A stretch of DNA of 64,000 bases from Octopus vulgaris (lineage: Eukaryota): assembly GCA_951406725.2 (NCBI GenBank), contig OX597820.1, positions 57,164,001 through 57,228,000 on the forward strand, given 5' to 3'. Position numbers and translations under genes: made by a program. The notes beneath the pieces were generated by a model. That model saw nothing but the letters and a program-made list of their open reading frames with translations. It was not told where the DNA came from and did not search any database. Shown here piece by piece: positions 39,291 through 52,701 of this stretch. Numbering within the stretch: position 1 is the stretch's first letter; each line of letters begins with the position of its first letter.

Positions 39291-39486
39291 CAAAACTCTA
39301 CTTGTGAAGACGTGTTGAGGCAAGTGAGGATCAGAATCGAAATCGATCAATGGAAATTGCGGATGTGCTACCAGTGCCGGTGGCATGTCAAAACTCTGCT
39401 TGTGAAGACCCGTTGAGGCAAGTGAGGATCAGAATCGAAATCGATCAATGGAAATTGCAGATGTGTTACCAGTGCCGGTGGCATGT
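39291..39486 (+). repeat. 98-bp tandem duplication in the RTE 3' UTR
   Basis: 39291-39388 and 39389-39486 are nearly identical. Confidence 0.92.
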
Positions 39487-40269
39487 AAGAGAACTTTCCG
39501 TTTCGCGACCGTTGCCAGCACCGCCCCGTTTCGTGTCCGTTGCCAGCCTCGCCTGGCCCTCGTGCCGGTGGCACATAAAAAGCACCATCCGTTCGTGGCC
39601 ATTTGCCAGCTCTGTCTGGCACCAGTGCGGGTGGCACGTAAAAAGCACCCACTACACTCACGGAGTGGTTGGCGTTAGGAAGGGCATCCAGCCGTAGAAA
39701 CACTGCCAGATTTGACTGGGCCTGATGAAGCCTTCTGGCTTCACAGACCCCAGTAGAACCGTCCAACCCATGCTAGCATGGAAAACGGACGCTAAACGAT
39801 GATGATGATGATGATGATATATACATACATGTGTGTTTGTATGTATACACATACATACACACACACACACACCTGTTCCTTTGTTACTGCTATTAATTAA
39901 TTTCATTACATTACTGTATTAATCAAAAGCTCACTAACCAAATATAATAAGCAATTGTAAAACTGTAATTGATTTCTGATTGATCAGTATTGATTCTTGA
40001 AGTCTCTAAGTAATGGTAAATATATATATAATACAATATTCTAATGAAGATAAATGATGCTTACGTGTATCAAACTATTTATTTTTACTTACAATACAAT
40101 CAAAAATTAATTGCACAGTTTTGATTTTTTTCATCTCCTCATCCTACAATTTGTGATGGTAAGAAATTTGATTTTCTAGACCAAAACACACTTCGCTACT
40201 TTCATTGATGTTTACATCCAATTCCATCATTTGTGGTTTTACTCTTCTTAAATCTCAAAACGTTCTTTT

Positions 40270-40514
40270 ATCATTTACTTTTTATTTGTTTCAGTCATTA
40301 GACTGTGGCCATGCTGTGGCACCACCTTGAAGAATTTTTAGTTGAATAAACTGACCCCCACCCAGTAGTTGATAATTTTTTTTTCTTTTTAAGTCTGATA
40401 TTTGTTCCATTGGACTCTTTTGTCAAACCACTAAGTTACAGGGACGTAAACACACCAGCACCAGTTGTCAAGCAGTGGTGGGGGGACAAACACAGACACA
40501 AAGACACACACAAA

Positions 40515-40612
<98 letters not shown>

Positions 40613-40748
40613 ATGGGCTCCTTTTAGTTTCTGTTTACCAAATCCACTTGCATAACTTTGGTTGGTTTGTGGCTATAGTAGAAGACACTTGCCCACAGTA
40701 GAACTAAACCCAGAGCCACGTGGTTGGGAAGAGAGCTTCTTACCACGG
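40270..40748 (-). mobile_element. SINE family A
   Basis: Tail, (CA)n and head. Confidence 0.85.
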
Positions 40749-41536
40749 AATCAGTTTGTTCTTTATTTGATTCTTTCCATTTATTTTCCTCATGTGTTCT
40801 TTGGTGTTCCATTTTCAAAAGAAGTTCTTCACTCAAATCTTTTAAATGTGAATCCAGTAACATTTAAAGATTTACTGCATCAATATCTTTAAACCTACGT
40901 TTTTGCAAAAGATGTAATTTCTTCAATTACATTATTCATGGAAATTTCAAGGCCAAGAAAATCATTAGCACTTTCAGACAAAAATTTTTTCCAGACACCC
41001 CTCATATTGCAGACTGCTAGTTCTTCCTTTGGTTATTGATCTTTTCACTTGCATATTTAGTATTGATATTCTTCCAAAATTCTCCAAGTGCAATAGTACC
41101 CTCTTGCTTCAGCTGCTTTTGTGGAAGTTCTTCTATTAAAATTCAGCTTGAAAGAAGAAAAAAACACCTTAGCACATAGACTAAGTATGGAGTTGTATTT
41201 GATGGTACGAAAACAACTTTTACATCATCAAATGATTTGTTTTGTGTGTTTGGATGTCTAGAAGTAAAAGTGTTTTGAAAGGTAAATGTTTTTCTTTACG
41301 ACTAATTTTAACTGGAGGACAAAGTTAAAACACAAACCACTCTTTAAGCACTGACTGGGCAACCCATCTTTTTCATATAACTGTTTGCTGAATTTCAGGA
41401 AGAATTTGTTTATTGCAGCCCTTCAAAGCCTTAGGATTTTTTGTTCAGTACATGTATATAAGCATTCACTGAAAACCTCTCCTTCAGCTTTAGCAATAGC
41501 TTTTGATTTGATATCTTGTTATTAGCTCTTTCTAAA

Positions 41537-42248
41537 GCAGTGAGTCAGCAGAATCGTTAGCATGGTGCGGCTGTGTGGTAAGTAGCTTGCTTACCAATCA
41601 CACGGTTCCAGGTTCAGTCCCACTGCATGGCACCTTGGGCAAGTGTCTTCTACTATAGTCACAAACCAACCAAAGTTATGCAAGTGGATTTGGTAGATAG
41701 AAACTGAAAGAACCCCATCATATATATATATATTTAACAAAACTGTCTGACGAACGGGAATGTGAAACTCTGAGTAACAGCTTTTGTTATATTTCTGCTG
41801 CTTTTAAATAAAGTATATTTATGTATATATATATATGTACACACACACACACATATGTGTGTGTGTGTTTATGTGTCTGTGTTTGTTACTCCAACCATCG
41901 CTTGACAACCGATGTTGGTGTGTTTACATCCCAATAACTTAGAGGTTCAGTAAAAGAAACCGATAGAATAAGTACTAGGCTTACAAAAAATAAGTCCTGG
42001 GGTTGGTTTGTTCGACTAAAAGCGGTGCTCCAGCATGGCCACAGTCAAGTAACTGAAACAAATAAAAGAATAAAATGCTTAACTGCATTTCATCAGTCTT
42101 GCTTTCTGAGATCAAAATTCTGTCGAGTTTGACTTTGCCTTTCATCCATTCAGGGTCGATAAAATAATCACCAGTTGAACACTGGATGTTGATGTAATCA
42201 ACTTACGCCTTCACCTGAGATTGCCGGCCTTGTGCCAAAATTTGAAAC
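41537..42248 (+). mobile_element. SINE family B containing a nested family A SINE (41564-42072)
   Basis: 14-bp TSD TAGCTCTTTCTAAA at 41523-41536 and 42249-42262. Confidence 0.85.
41735..41789 (+). ncRNA. Type I hammerhead ribozyme (family H3)
   Basis: UAACAAAACUGU-CUGACGA-ACG(GGAA)UGU-GAAA-CUC U GAG-UA^ACAG c UUUUGUUA: intact core, 12-bp stem I with one bulge; AATAAA at ~41807. Confidence 0.85.
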
Positions 42249-43429
42249 TAGCTCTTTCTAAATCTTGAAATATTCCTTCAAGTTATTTCACTGTCATGTC
42301 TTTCAAATCATTTAGTCTTTGTCCAATTCTTTCACAGTTTTTCATATACATACATACATACATACATACATACACACACACATACACACATACATACATA
42401 CATACATACATACATACATACATACATACATACATACATACATACATACATACATACATACATACATACATGTGTGTGTGTGTAAGAAAATATTTTAGTT
42501 TTTATTCAGGTTGTGATGATTCATGCTTTGCCAAAAATTTCTAAATAGCATTTTCTTCAAGTAAACATCAGCCTAATCTACATTAAATATTTGACAAAAA
42601 ACTGTTTTCCATTATCTATTTATTTATTTAGTTATTCATTTATTTTGCAACTTTCCTGGAAATATAGAAGCAGTGTTTATATCTGCATTGACAGCTTTTC
42701 CTGTCACTTTAAGTTTTGAATCCAATTCTAGATTTAAAGTTTTTAAATCATTCTTTGCCTGCTAGAAATATTACGTTATCCTCTTTATATTAAATTCTTT
42801 AAATAAAGTAAACAGGCTGAGAGCTCCATATTGGTACATATTAAAATCTGCTTCCAATTACAACCTTTAAACCAAATGACTAACAAATCGTCTGTCCCAA
42901 TCATTATGGAGCATTGATTTGATGATGGATGCTTGACCATGTAGACAAATTCTTACCTACATCACAGCATAATGATTATAGGACCAATATATTTTTGTAT
43001 TGTTGACTCACCAATTACTAAGCCTTTTGCAATTTTTGACTCACTGTCCCATATTTGAATATTTTAACAATGTTGAGTTTGACATGTGAATTATAAATTT
43101 TTATTTTCTTTCCTTTTATCATATTGTGTAATGATTTTATCATTCTTATATTTGGACATGCCTCTAGGCCTTAAAGATATAAGTACAAATCTAATAAAAA
43201 TCAAATGAAGCTAATTTTCCATGAGTGCTCACTCTGATGGCTCTGAGGCTAATGTAGATCTATGTACCTGACGGCTGATACCTTTAATGATAAATACTTA
43301 TGAGAAGTATTTAATGGAACAAAGTGGATATTTTCCTTCTTTCACTTGGCTTGCAAAATTTAAATTTTGCTAATTTTATGGGCAGAGAAATTAAATTTAA
43401 GTTAACCAAGTAATAACAACATATATAGA

Positions 43430-43869
43430 AATCAAAATCAAATTCGATGACTGGCATCTGTGTTAGTGGAGCACTAAAAGCACCATCTGAGTGTGATCAC
43501 TGCCAGAGCAGCTAACTGGTTTCCATGATGGTGGCACATAAAAAGCACCATTTGAGCGTGATCATTACTAGCGTTGCCTTACTGGCACTTGTGCCAGTGC
43601 TGCTTGACTGGCTCCTGTGCAGGTGGCATATGAAAAACACCATTTGAGTGTGGCCATTGCCAGTAGCGCTTGACTGGCCCTCGTGCCAGTGACATGTAAA
43701 AGGACCCACTACACTCTCGGAGTGGTTGGCATTAGGATGGGCATCCAGCTGTTGAAACTCTGCCAGATCAGATTGGAGCCTGGTGCAGCCATCTGGTTCA
43801 CCAGTCCTCAGTCAAATCGTCCAACCCATGCTAGCATGGAAAGCGGACGTTAAACGATGATGATGATGG

Positions 43870-43909
<40 letters not shown>

Positions 43910-43910
43910 A
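43430..43910 (+). mobile_element. RTE 3' UTR fragment with five repeat modules
   Basis: GGTGGCAC.TAAAAAGCACC modules and a long (GAT)n tail. Confidence 0.85.
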
Positions 43911-44469
43911 GATACATATTAGTGGTGAACAGTGAGAATGTGTACTCATTGCAGTATTGGCAGATAAATACTTTGGCACTACCTTAGGTTTCATGCATTT
44001 TAATTCATAATTTTCAAGAGTTCACTAAAAAATTATGAGAAACAGTCTCTATGTTTGATTTGATCACATGAAATTTCACAAGACTTCGTTTCCTGTTGGG
44101 TGGTGAAAAGAAATCGAAAATACACTGATAAGGGTGAAGTAAATATCTGAGGATTTTGGCTATTGATATTTGTTTGGTATTAATCTTAAAACAAGTTCTA
44201 AAATATTTGTCTATATTATCTTTTATCTTTTACTTGTTTGAGTTATAACATTGTGACCTTGCTGAGGCACCGTCTTTAATTTTGAATCCAGTGAATTGAC
44301 TCCAGTACTTATTTTTTAAGCCTGGTACTTATTTTATTGGTCTCTTTTGCCAAACCACTAAGTTATGGGGACACCAAAATACCAACAATGCTTATCAAGT
44401 GGTGTGTGTGAGAGGTACAAAAACACAGCTATAAAGACACAGAGCATAGATTTATAAACAGACTTCAGA

Positions 44470-44670
44470 AACGTAACTACATGTGGGCCCTGGCGATTTT
44501 CCTTCTCCTTTGCACTTTTCCCTTTCTCCTTTCTGATGAAGAGCTATGCCCAAAACATTAAAAAGCATCTCCTTTCAGAGAGCATCAAGCTATTACAATT
44601 CTTGAGCATATCTTTATGTTTTTTTTCATTTTTCTTTTTTCCATTTTTTATTCATTTTTTGAATTGACTA
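44470..44670 (+). mobile_element. Hammerhead-bearing element family H2, decayed
   Basis: TTT-CTGATGA-A-GAGC TAT GCCC-AAAA-CATT-AAA (44530-44562); GGCGATTT start shared with the 10005 copy. Confidence 0.62.
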
Positions 44671-44832
44671 CAGGTGCAGGAGTAGCTGTATGGTAAGTAG
44701 CTGGCTTCCCAACTACATGGTGCCAGGTTCAGTCCCACTGCATGACACCTTGGCCAAGTGTCTTCTACTATAGCCTTGGGCTGACTAAAGCCCTGTGAGT
44801 GGATTTGGTAGGCGGAAACTGAAAAAAGCCCC

Positions 44833-44861
<29 letters not shown>

Positions 44862-44863
<2 letters not shown>

Positions 44864-45054
44864 ATCATCATCATCATCATCGTTTAGCGTCCGTTTTCCA
44901 TGCTAGCATGGGTTGGACAGTTCTACTGGGGTCTGTGAAGCCAGAAGGCTTCATCAGGCCCAGTCAAATCTGGCAGTGTTTCTACGGCTGGATGCCCTTC
45001 CTAATGCCAACCACTCCGTGAGTGTAGTGGGTGCTTTTTACGTGCCACCCGCAC
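44862..45054 (-). mobile_element. Young 5'-truncated RTE copy
   Basis: By eye, only two CpG-type differences from 39624-39817. Confidence 0.93.
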
Positions 45055-45061
45055 GTATATA

Positions 45062-45098
<37 letters not shown>

Positions 45099-45102
45099 TC
45101 TA

Positions 45103-45172
45103 TGTCTGACAAACGGGAACGTAAAACTCAGAGTAACAGGTTTTGTTGAATTTTCTGCTGCTTTTAAATAAA
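45103..45172 (+). mobile_element. Hammerhead element family H3, decayed core
   Basis: TGT-CTGACAA-ACG GGAA CGT-AAAA-CTC A GAG-TA-ACAGG...AATAAA; homologous to 41744-41812. Confidence 0.8.
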
Positions 45173-45177
45173 TATAT

Positions 45178-45256
<79 letters not shown>

Positions 45257-45649
45257 CATACATACATATATAAATATATATGGGGGGTGTATTTGTGTGT
45301 GTGTCTGTGTCTGTCATCCCTCCATTGCTTGACAACCAAGTTCGGAGTGTTTACATACCCATAACTTAGCAGTTCGGCAAAAGAGACCAACAGAATAAGT
45401 ACCAGGCCTACAAAGAATAAGTCTTGGGGTCAATTTGTTCGACTACAGGTGGTCTCCAGCATGGCCACAGTCAAATGACTGAAACATGTAAAAGAGTAAA
45501 AGAATATATATATGACAGGCTTCTTTCAGTTTCCATCCATCAAATCCACTCAGAAGGCTTTGTGTATATCTTTCTGTACTATTGGCAGTTTATGGTGCAT
45601 ATGATTGTGCCTATGAATCTTAGACATGTAGGTATTTTTGAGAATCATA

Positions 45650-45915
45650 TATAGCCAGTTAGCTCCTGCTTTGGCATCTCTTTCTTGAGGTTCAAGCTCC
45701 TGATATCAACCTTCACCTCTTCGTCTTGTGTTTTCCAGGGTCTTCCTCTTCTGTAATCTCCATTCACATTAACTCTTTTATATTGTTCTCCACATCGATA
45801 TGAATCACATGTCCATGTTAGTGGAATCTTGCACACTACATCCGATTGTTTAATCCAAGTTTTTTTCCCAACGCATTGTACTTTGTCATTCATGCACGTT
45901 TACGCTGTGCATACA
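45650..45915 (-). pseudogene. Degraded RTE ORF C-terminus
   Basis: ...RRGRPWKTQDEEVKVDIRSLNLKKEM aligns with the RTE ORF end RGRPRKTWDEVVKHDLRTLGLTEEM. Confidence 0.8.
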
Positions 45916-46243
45916 GCGGAGTATTTTAGCTTCTTTTCTTTCCGGGTTTCTCAAAACCTCTACAATCAAATCCCATACATACATATATCATCATCATCAT
46001 CACGGACGCTAAACGATGATGATGATGATGATGATATCTTTATATTGATATATATTTTGATATATATATATATATATATATCAAAATATATATATATATA
46101 TGTATGTATGTTTGTACATATAAGTATATATGTGTGTGTATGCATACATGTATATACATATATATATATATATGCATGCATTTCTGTGTACATATGTATA
46201 AATCAATATACATGTATATAATCAGATATAGGCATATGTGTAA

Positions 46244-46279
<36 letters not shown>

Positions 46280-46432
46280 CCACACACATATATATGTCCA
46301 TATATACATATATATATGTATGTATATGCATATATATGCATATGTATATATAAATGTACACACACACATATATATGCACACACACATGTATATGTAGATA
46401 TATATGCATATATATACATATATATGTACATA

Positions 46433-46465
<33 letters not shown>

Positions 46466-46930
46466 CTACTACACACATAGACACATGCATGAAACCTGAA
46501 GAAGAAAGTTAATTAGATAGAGAGATACAGAGATCTTGCAGTAAAGTAAATTTCTTTTCTAGTAATTATTTCGTTCCCATCCCCGACCATTATCCAGCTA
46601 CTTAGTATTTTCCTATCTTTATTTTATGGCAATATTTGAAGTGAGCAACAAGCTTTATTAAATATAAAGCCATAAATGTACGGCTTCGGTGGAAGTGGTT
46701 TTGGCATTGGTGATGACGATGGTGGCGGCATTGGTGGTGGTGGTGGTGGTGGCGGGTGGAGAAGGGGGTGGTAGGGGGATGGGTTGGTTGAAGGTATAAT
46801 AGTAGCAACTATTGCAATGAACATTGTCTTTTTTTGCGGCCACAAGGGAAACAAAATCAAAACATTAAATGAAAAAGAATGCAATAAACACAATATTCCA
46901 ATAAATGCACATGATCAGAAAAGAATATAA

Positions 46931-46981
<51 letters not shown>

Positions 46982-47073
46982 GTATATATATAAATCCATA
47001 CATGCATCATGTCCACACACACACACATATATATATGTACATTTATGTATTTATATCTCCATATGTATATATG

Positions 47074-47105
<32 letters not shown>

Positions 47106-47159
47106 CATCTATATATATATATGTATGCATATATATCTATATGTATGTATGCATCTACT

Positions 47160-47191
<32 letters not shown>

Positions 47192-47371
47192 TGTGTGTGT
47201 ATATATATTTGTATATATATATATATATATATGCATATATACATATCATCATCATCATCGTTTAATGTCCGTTCTCCATGCTAGCATAGGTTGGACGGTA
47301 AATATATGTATATATATATGTATGTATGTAAATATATATGTATGTATATATATATATATATATATATATAC

Positions 47372-47481
<110 letters not shown>

Positions 47482-47502
47482 TTGTATATATATATATATA
47501 TG

Positions 47503-47567
<65 letters not shown>

Positions 47568-47619
47568 GTGTTTATATATATATATATGTAAGTATGTCGT
47601 GCTTTTGCATTTTTTTTAG

Positions 47620-48700
47620 ATTTTGTCAACCACACAGTATAGTAGGCTTAGTTGGGCAGTGTCTGTGAGAAAAACAGCACCACTATGCAATTTGTTCTGC
47701 CAGAAATTTGGAAACAATATGCTGTGTTGTTTGGCATTTGCACTGGAAGCTCCAATACGAATATTTGAGAGTGTTTGGATCTCAATCTGAGGAAAGTGCA
47801 GAAGATTCAGAAAGAGTTGGATGAGTCTAATGGTGATTATGAAGCTCGGAAAACTCACTCTGATCATTCTGATGAGAAACGAACTCCTGATTTTGTTGGT
47901 GAGATCCAGACCATGATTGATATCAATCTCCCTAAGACAATCAGGTCCATCGCCAGGGACATAGGAATGTCTGAGTTTCTTATCAGGCAGATAGTGCTGG
48001 AAGACATTCAGTATTACTCATACAAGATGGGAAAGGGCCAGTTTTTATCCCAAGCCACCAAGGACATGAGGAAAGACTGCTCTACAAAGCTTTTGAACAA
48101 ACTCAAACATCCCCTCCAACAAAACATGCTTTGGTTTTTCTCAAACAAGAAATGTTTCTGCCAGGATCAGATGTTGAACACAATCGTTGGCTTTCCATGT
48201 CCCCAAAACATGTACAAGGGTAATAAAAATGAAACAACCAATGAACATCATGGTGTTTGCAGTTATCACTAGTGATGGCAAAGTTATATCTCCATTCATC
48301 TTCCTATATGGCCTCAGACTCAACATGGAGGCTTACATCAAGTGCCTGGAGAAGGTAGTGCTGCCTTGGGTCTAGAGGGTGGCTGCTGGAGGACCCTATG
48401 TCTGGCAACAGGACTCTGAACCATGCTACACAAGCAGAAAAAAACAGTCATGAATGTCAGACAATTTCTACAACCACATCACCCCTAACATCTGGCCATC
48501 TAACTCCCCAGGATGCAACTCCCTTGGTTATTATGTGTGGGATGCAGTTAAGTGAGAGACCAACAAAACTCCTTGTAACACCAAAGATGAACTGAAGGCA
48601 AGGATTATGGCAGCATTAACTAACTTAAACAAGGAAACTAACCAGAAGAGTTGCAGGAGATTCCGAAGTCACTGGAGGCCATGGCTGAAGCCAATTATGA
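47620..48700 (+). pseudogene. Tc1/mariner DD37D (maT-like) transposase remnant
   Basis: HTH RSIARDIGMSEFLIRQIV; YVWQQD + 37 aa + (G for D)YYVW; frameshifts and stops. Confidence 0.85.
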
Positions 48701-50459
48701 ATCCACCCCATCATAGAGGAGAAACAACTGTTAGCCAATGAAGTTCACAAGATAGCTATCGTTTTTCCAGTGTCACCTCTTTTTTCTAATACACATTTCA
48801 TTTCTCATAATACTGTATTACAACCCCTTTGAAGCAAAACTTCTAATTCATTGTCAATTTTTTCATTTTAAATAAATGTATTTTTGACTCTATATCACAC
48901 GTTGGGTCCTTTCTGAGGCAATATTTGTAAATTTTAGAAATTAATTAATTACTAATTAAGAACATGTCATTAGTATGCTAATAAATGTGTACGTGTGTCT
49001 GCAAATGTGTGTGTGTTTGTGTGTGTATGAATATCTACTAGTATAAAGTTGACTGATTTTTCTTTGTCACAAATCACTACTAAAAAGAGTGATCAGTCCT
49101 ACAGATTTGACATTTTCCAACAGAATCCTATAATTGAACTGGAACACATAAAATTTTGTGCCCTACTCAGAAAAAGCTAAATTCTTGCAGTAGATTTTAA
49201 TATGCATTCCAAGAATTGGTAGTTTGGTACCTTATTCAACAGGCCACTTAGCTGGAAGTTATCATTTCAGCTAACAGCAAAAAATTTTGTCATCTGTGTA
49301 ACTGCCAGAATAAAATGCATATAAGCATAGTAATGTCACATGGATATATAATGAAGGAGATTTGCAATGGTACATGTAATATAAGTTGCCTATGATCTAT
49401 TAGGTATGCATCATTAACTTATATGAGAAGTTGAAAGAACAGAAATGAGCTGAGAAGGCAGTGGAGCATCAAAAGTATCAGCCTAGAAACAGCTAAAAAT
49501 TAGGCAGAGCTGTGATCAAATGTGATCTAGCTGTGACTATATGAACACTATATTTTTTTTAGGTGTAATATATCTAACACTATACTATCCAAGCTCTCTG
49601 AAAGTATGATATACCTATAGTATGCTGAAAGTATACTGAAAGTATGACATACCTATAGTAGTGTAGGAAATCAAAGGATCAGTTTTATATATATCTATAA
49701 TAATAAATGTGAAATTCCATCTGTCCATCTGGGACCTCTGTATCTCAGTCTACACCTGCTCTACATGGACATATTATACCTTTTTTGGAATCAAGATGAT
49801 CCTGGGATTGAAAATCTGCCCTTCATTTGGTTCTTGAATGTCCAGCATTAGGATCAGGTCTGGATGAGGATTTGTTATATACTAACAGTTGAAAATTACA
49901 TACGTACTTTTTTGTTGATGTATTTACATACATATTTAATGCTTTTTATAGAGTTGCATGACTCAACATTAACATAGGCCTGCAATGTTCTTGACAGCAA
50001 TGGATTGTAGGGCACAATCCACCTGTTGTAACTTTCCATCCCTTGACCATTAACTTTGAGCTTGGTAGTGTTTCTGCCATCTTCTGATTTTCAGCATCTG
50101 GAGAGTGGGTAACCATCATGTCCCATATGTGCCTCATGGATGAATTCCCTAGGGAACCATTAGATGCAAAGGAAAATGAATAGGCTATTGGCTGTTAAAG
50201 GAAAATATATGTGAGTTATATATGTGGACCTCTTCTAGGGGCCCTAGCCATCCAATTATAGATTTTTATTAAACTTTAATGAGCCTAGTAATAAACTGGA
50301 TGCCACTTTAACATGTTTGCAAAGTTTCACGAAAATTTGTTAACAGGTGTAGATGGCAACTTAACACAAACAGACAACTTGCATTTATATATGTATAGCT
50401 ATATATCAAAGAAATTTAGTTTACCACAAGATCTATATATCTGTATCAAATGAACTCTT

Positions 50460-51130
50460 AGGTGCATATTGCCAAAGGTCTCGGTCATTTGTCATTGCCT
50501 CCATAAGGCCCAGTATTTGGTAGGTGCTTTTTACATGCCACTAGCATGGGTACCAGTTACATGACACTGACAACAGCCACAACTATGATTTCACTTGGCT
50601 GGATGGATCTTCTAAAACACAGCACATCGCTGAATGTCTCAGTCACTAGTCATTACCTCTGTAAAACCCAATGTTCAAAGATCATGCCTCACCACCTCAT
50701 CCCATGTCTTCCAAGGTCTCCAAATTCTACAGCCTCCTTCCACTGATAGAGATCAGCTCTTCTCTACACAGCTGTCTATATTCCATACACATCACTTGTC
50801 CATACCAATGCAGTCATACATCTTGCACACCACATCTGATGCCTCTTATGCCCACCTTTTCTCTCAAGACATTTACATTCAGTCTAACATGCACACTAAT
50901 GTTGCACACCCAGCGAATCATACTGGCTTCATTTCTTTCAAATCTATGCATGTCTTTAGCAGTCACAGCCCATGTTTCACCACCATGTAGCATGGCTGTT
51001 CACACACAGGCATCATACAATCTGCTTTTCATTCTAAGGGGGAGGGCCTTTTGTTACCAACAAAGGTAGGAGCTCTCTTGAACTTTGCCAAAAAAATTTT
51101 CTTATTCTAGTAGCTATGCTCTCAGATGCA
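50460..51130 (-). pseudogene. Degraded RTE LINE 3' part
   Basis: RELLPLLVTKG...RLYDACV*TAMLHGGETWAVTAKDM...NEASMIRW, homologous to 38740-39220. Confidence 0.85.
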
Positions 51131-51182
51131 CAAACATATATATGTGTGTCTGTGCATAAATATATGTATACATACGTACACA

Positions 51183-51230
<48 letters not shown>

Positions 51231-51373
51231 TATATGCATACATACGTATAATAATGTGTCTCTGTATCATTTAATATCTGTTTTCTATCATACATGTGTA
51301 TGTATAACGTTGTTAGATGGTGATGTGTGTTAGTGTATGTGAATATACATATATATATACACACACATATATG

Positions 51374-51414
<41 letters not shown>

Positions 51415-51446
51415 GTATATATATGTATCTGTTTATCTCTTTGTGC

Positions 51447-51495
<49 letters not shown>

Positions 51496-51508
51496 TATAT
51501 ATATAAAT

Positions 51509-51552
<44 letters not shown>

Positions 51553-51592
51553 GTATCTGTTTATCTCTTTGTGCCTGTGTATATATATAAAT

Positions 51593-51625
<33 letters not shown>

Positions 51626-52363
51626 AAGAGAAGTGTTCAGGTTAGATCTAAGAATGCTATGCCTCACAGGATTGAAAAAGAGTGCTAATGTACAAAACTG
51701 CAGAAACATCCAATCAATGCTGGTGTGATGAGAGATAAATGTAATACAAAACAAAACAACGAAAAATAAAAATAAAATCTTACATATTAAAACTGAGCTT
51801 GATGATGATGATAACAATGATGATGATGATGATGACGACGACGACAATAGTAATTATAGGAAACGGGGAAGAAAATAACAAAACAAACAAACAAATACAA
51901 AAAAGATTAAATCTCATGACATGATAGATCTATGCTTGCTTGAAAAGCTGGTTGCCAAAATGATGCCACAGTAGGTGTCAGCTTCAGTTTAGCAAACTAA
52001 CTGCTTGGCTGGTTGCTTAGTGGTCATCATTGATCTGCCAGTGTGATTGCAACACAAACTTTCAGGTGTTCCAGCTGATAAATTTGGCATCAAATGTGAG
52101 ATGTTCTCGTTTGGCTTCAGGCATGTTCTACGTGGTCGCGCTCATCCTTTTTTTTTTTTTTTTTTTACTTTCCTTGCTTCCTTTCACTTCCACCCCACCC
52201 CCCAACCTTTGCTTTCCCTCTTAATGTACAAACACGTCTACACCCCATCATACACAGAGGTATAAAGATATATACATATGCAAACGCAAATATATCTATA
52301 TATGCATATATGTATATATGTATACATATAGTACATATACAATGTGTGTGTGCGTATATATAT

Positions 52364-52413
<50 letters not shown>

Positions 52414-52441
52414 AGCATGGAAAATGGAGGTTAAATGATGA

Positions 52442-52475
<34 letters not shown>

Positions 52476-52639
52476 AAACAGGCATCTGTCACTTTTTCTA
52501 TATATATATATACATGTATATGCATACATGTGCATGGATAGGCATATATATATGTATATATATATACATAAATCATATATATACTGTATATATAATTGAT
52601 AAGTTGGAGTCATACATATATACACCCATAGACAGACAG

Positions 52640-52701
<62 letters not shown>

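Larger units (their letters stand above)
35605..39817 (+). mobile_element. Near full-length RTE-clade non-LTR retrotransposon
   Basis: Pyrimidine-rich 5' region, single long ORF, structured 3' UTR and (GAT)n tail; the 5' boundary is approximate. Confidence 0.92.
40090..43130 (-). pseudogene. Tigger/pogo (TIGD1-like) transposase fossil, interrupted by SINEs
   Basis: Fragmentary translations VKLNIVK; FLAGKE*FKNFKSR; LKVTGKAVNAD; QIFNVD; NPKALKG; LPFKTLLLLD; VVFVPSNTT; GVWKK...NDFLGL; LLDSH..LSEELL, colinear with the Tigger transposase. Confidence 0.85.
44672..45505 (+). mobile_element. SINE family A interrupted by an RTE 3' end and an H3 element
   Basis: Head at 44672-44835 and tail at 45290-45505. 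Confidence 0.87.

Noticed and set aside
39718-39750. CTGATGA plus hairpin in the RTE 3' UTR as a hammerhead
   Set aside because: No GAAA follows the stem; other copies read CTGATGC or CTGGTGC
43460-43710. CRISPR-like repeat-spacer appearance of the GGTGGCAC..AAAAAGCACC modules
   Set aside because: Spacers are homologous to each other, the context is a eukaryotic LINE 3' UTR, and there are no cas genes
46677-46775. Gly-rich peptide MYGFGGSGFG...
   Set aside because: Decayed (GGT)n microsatellite
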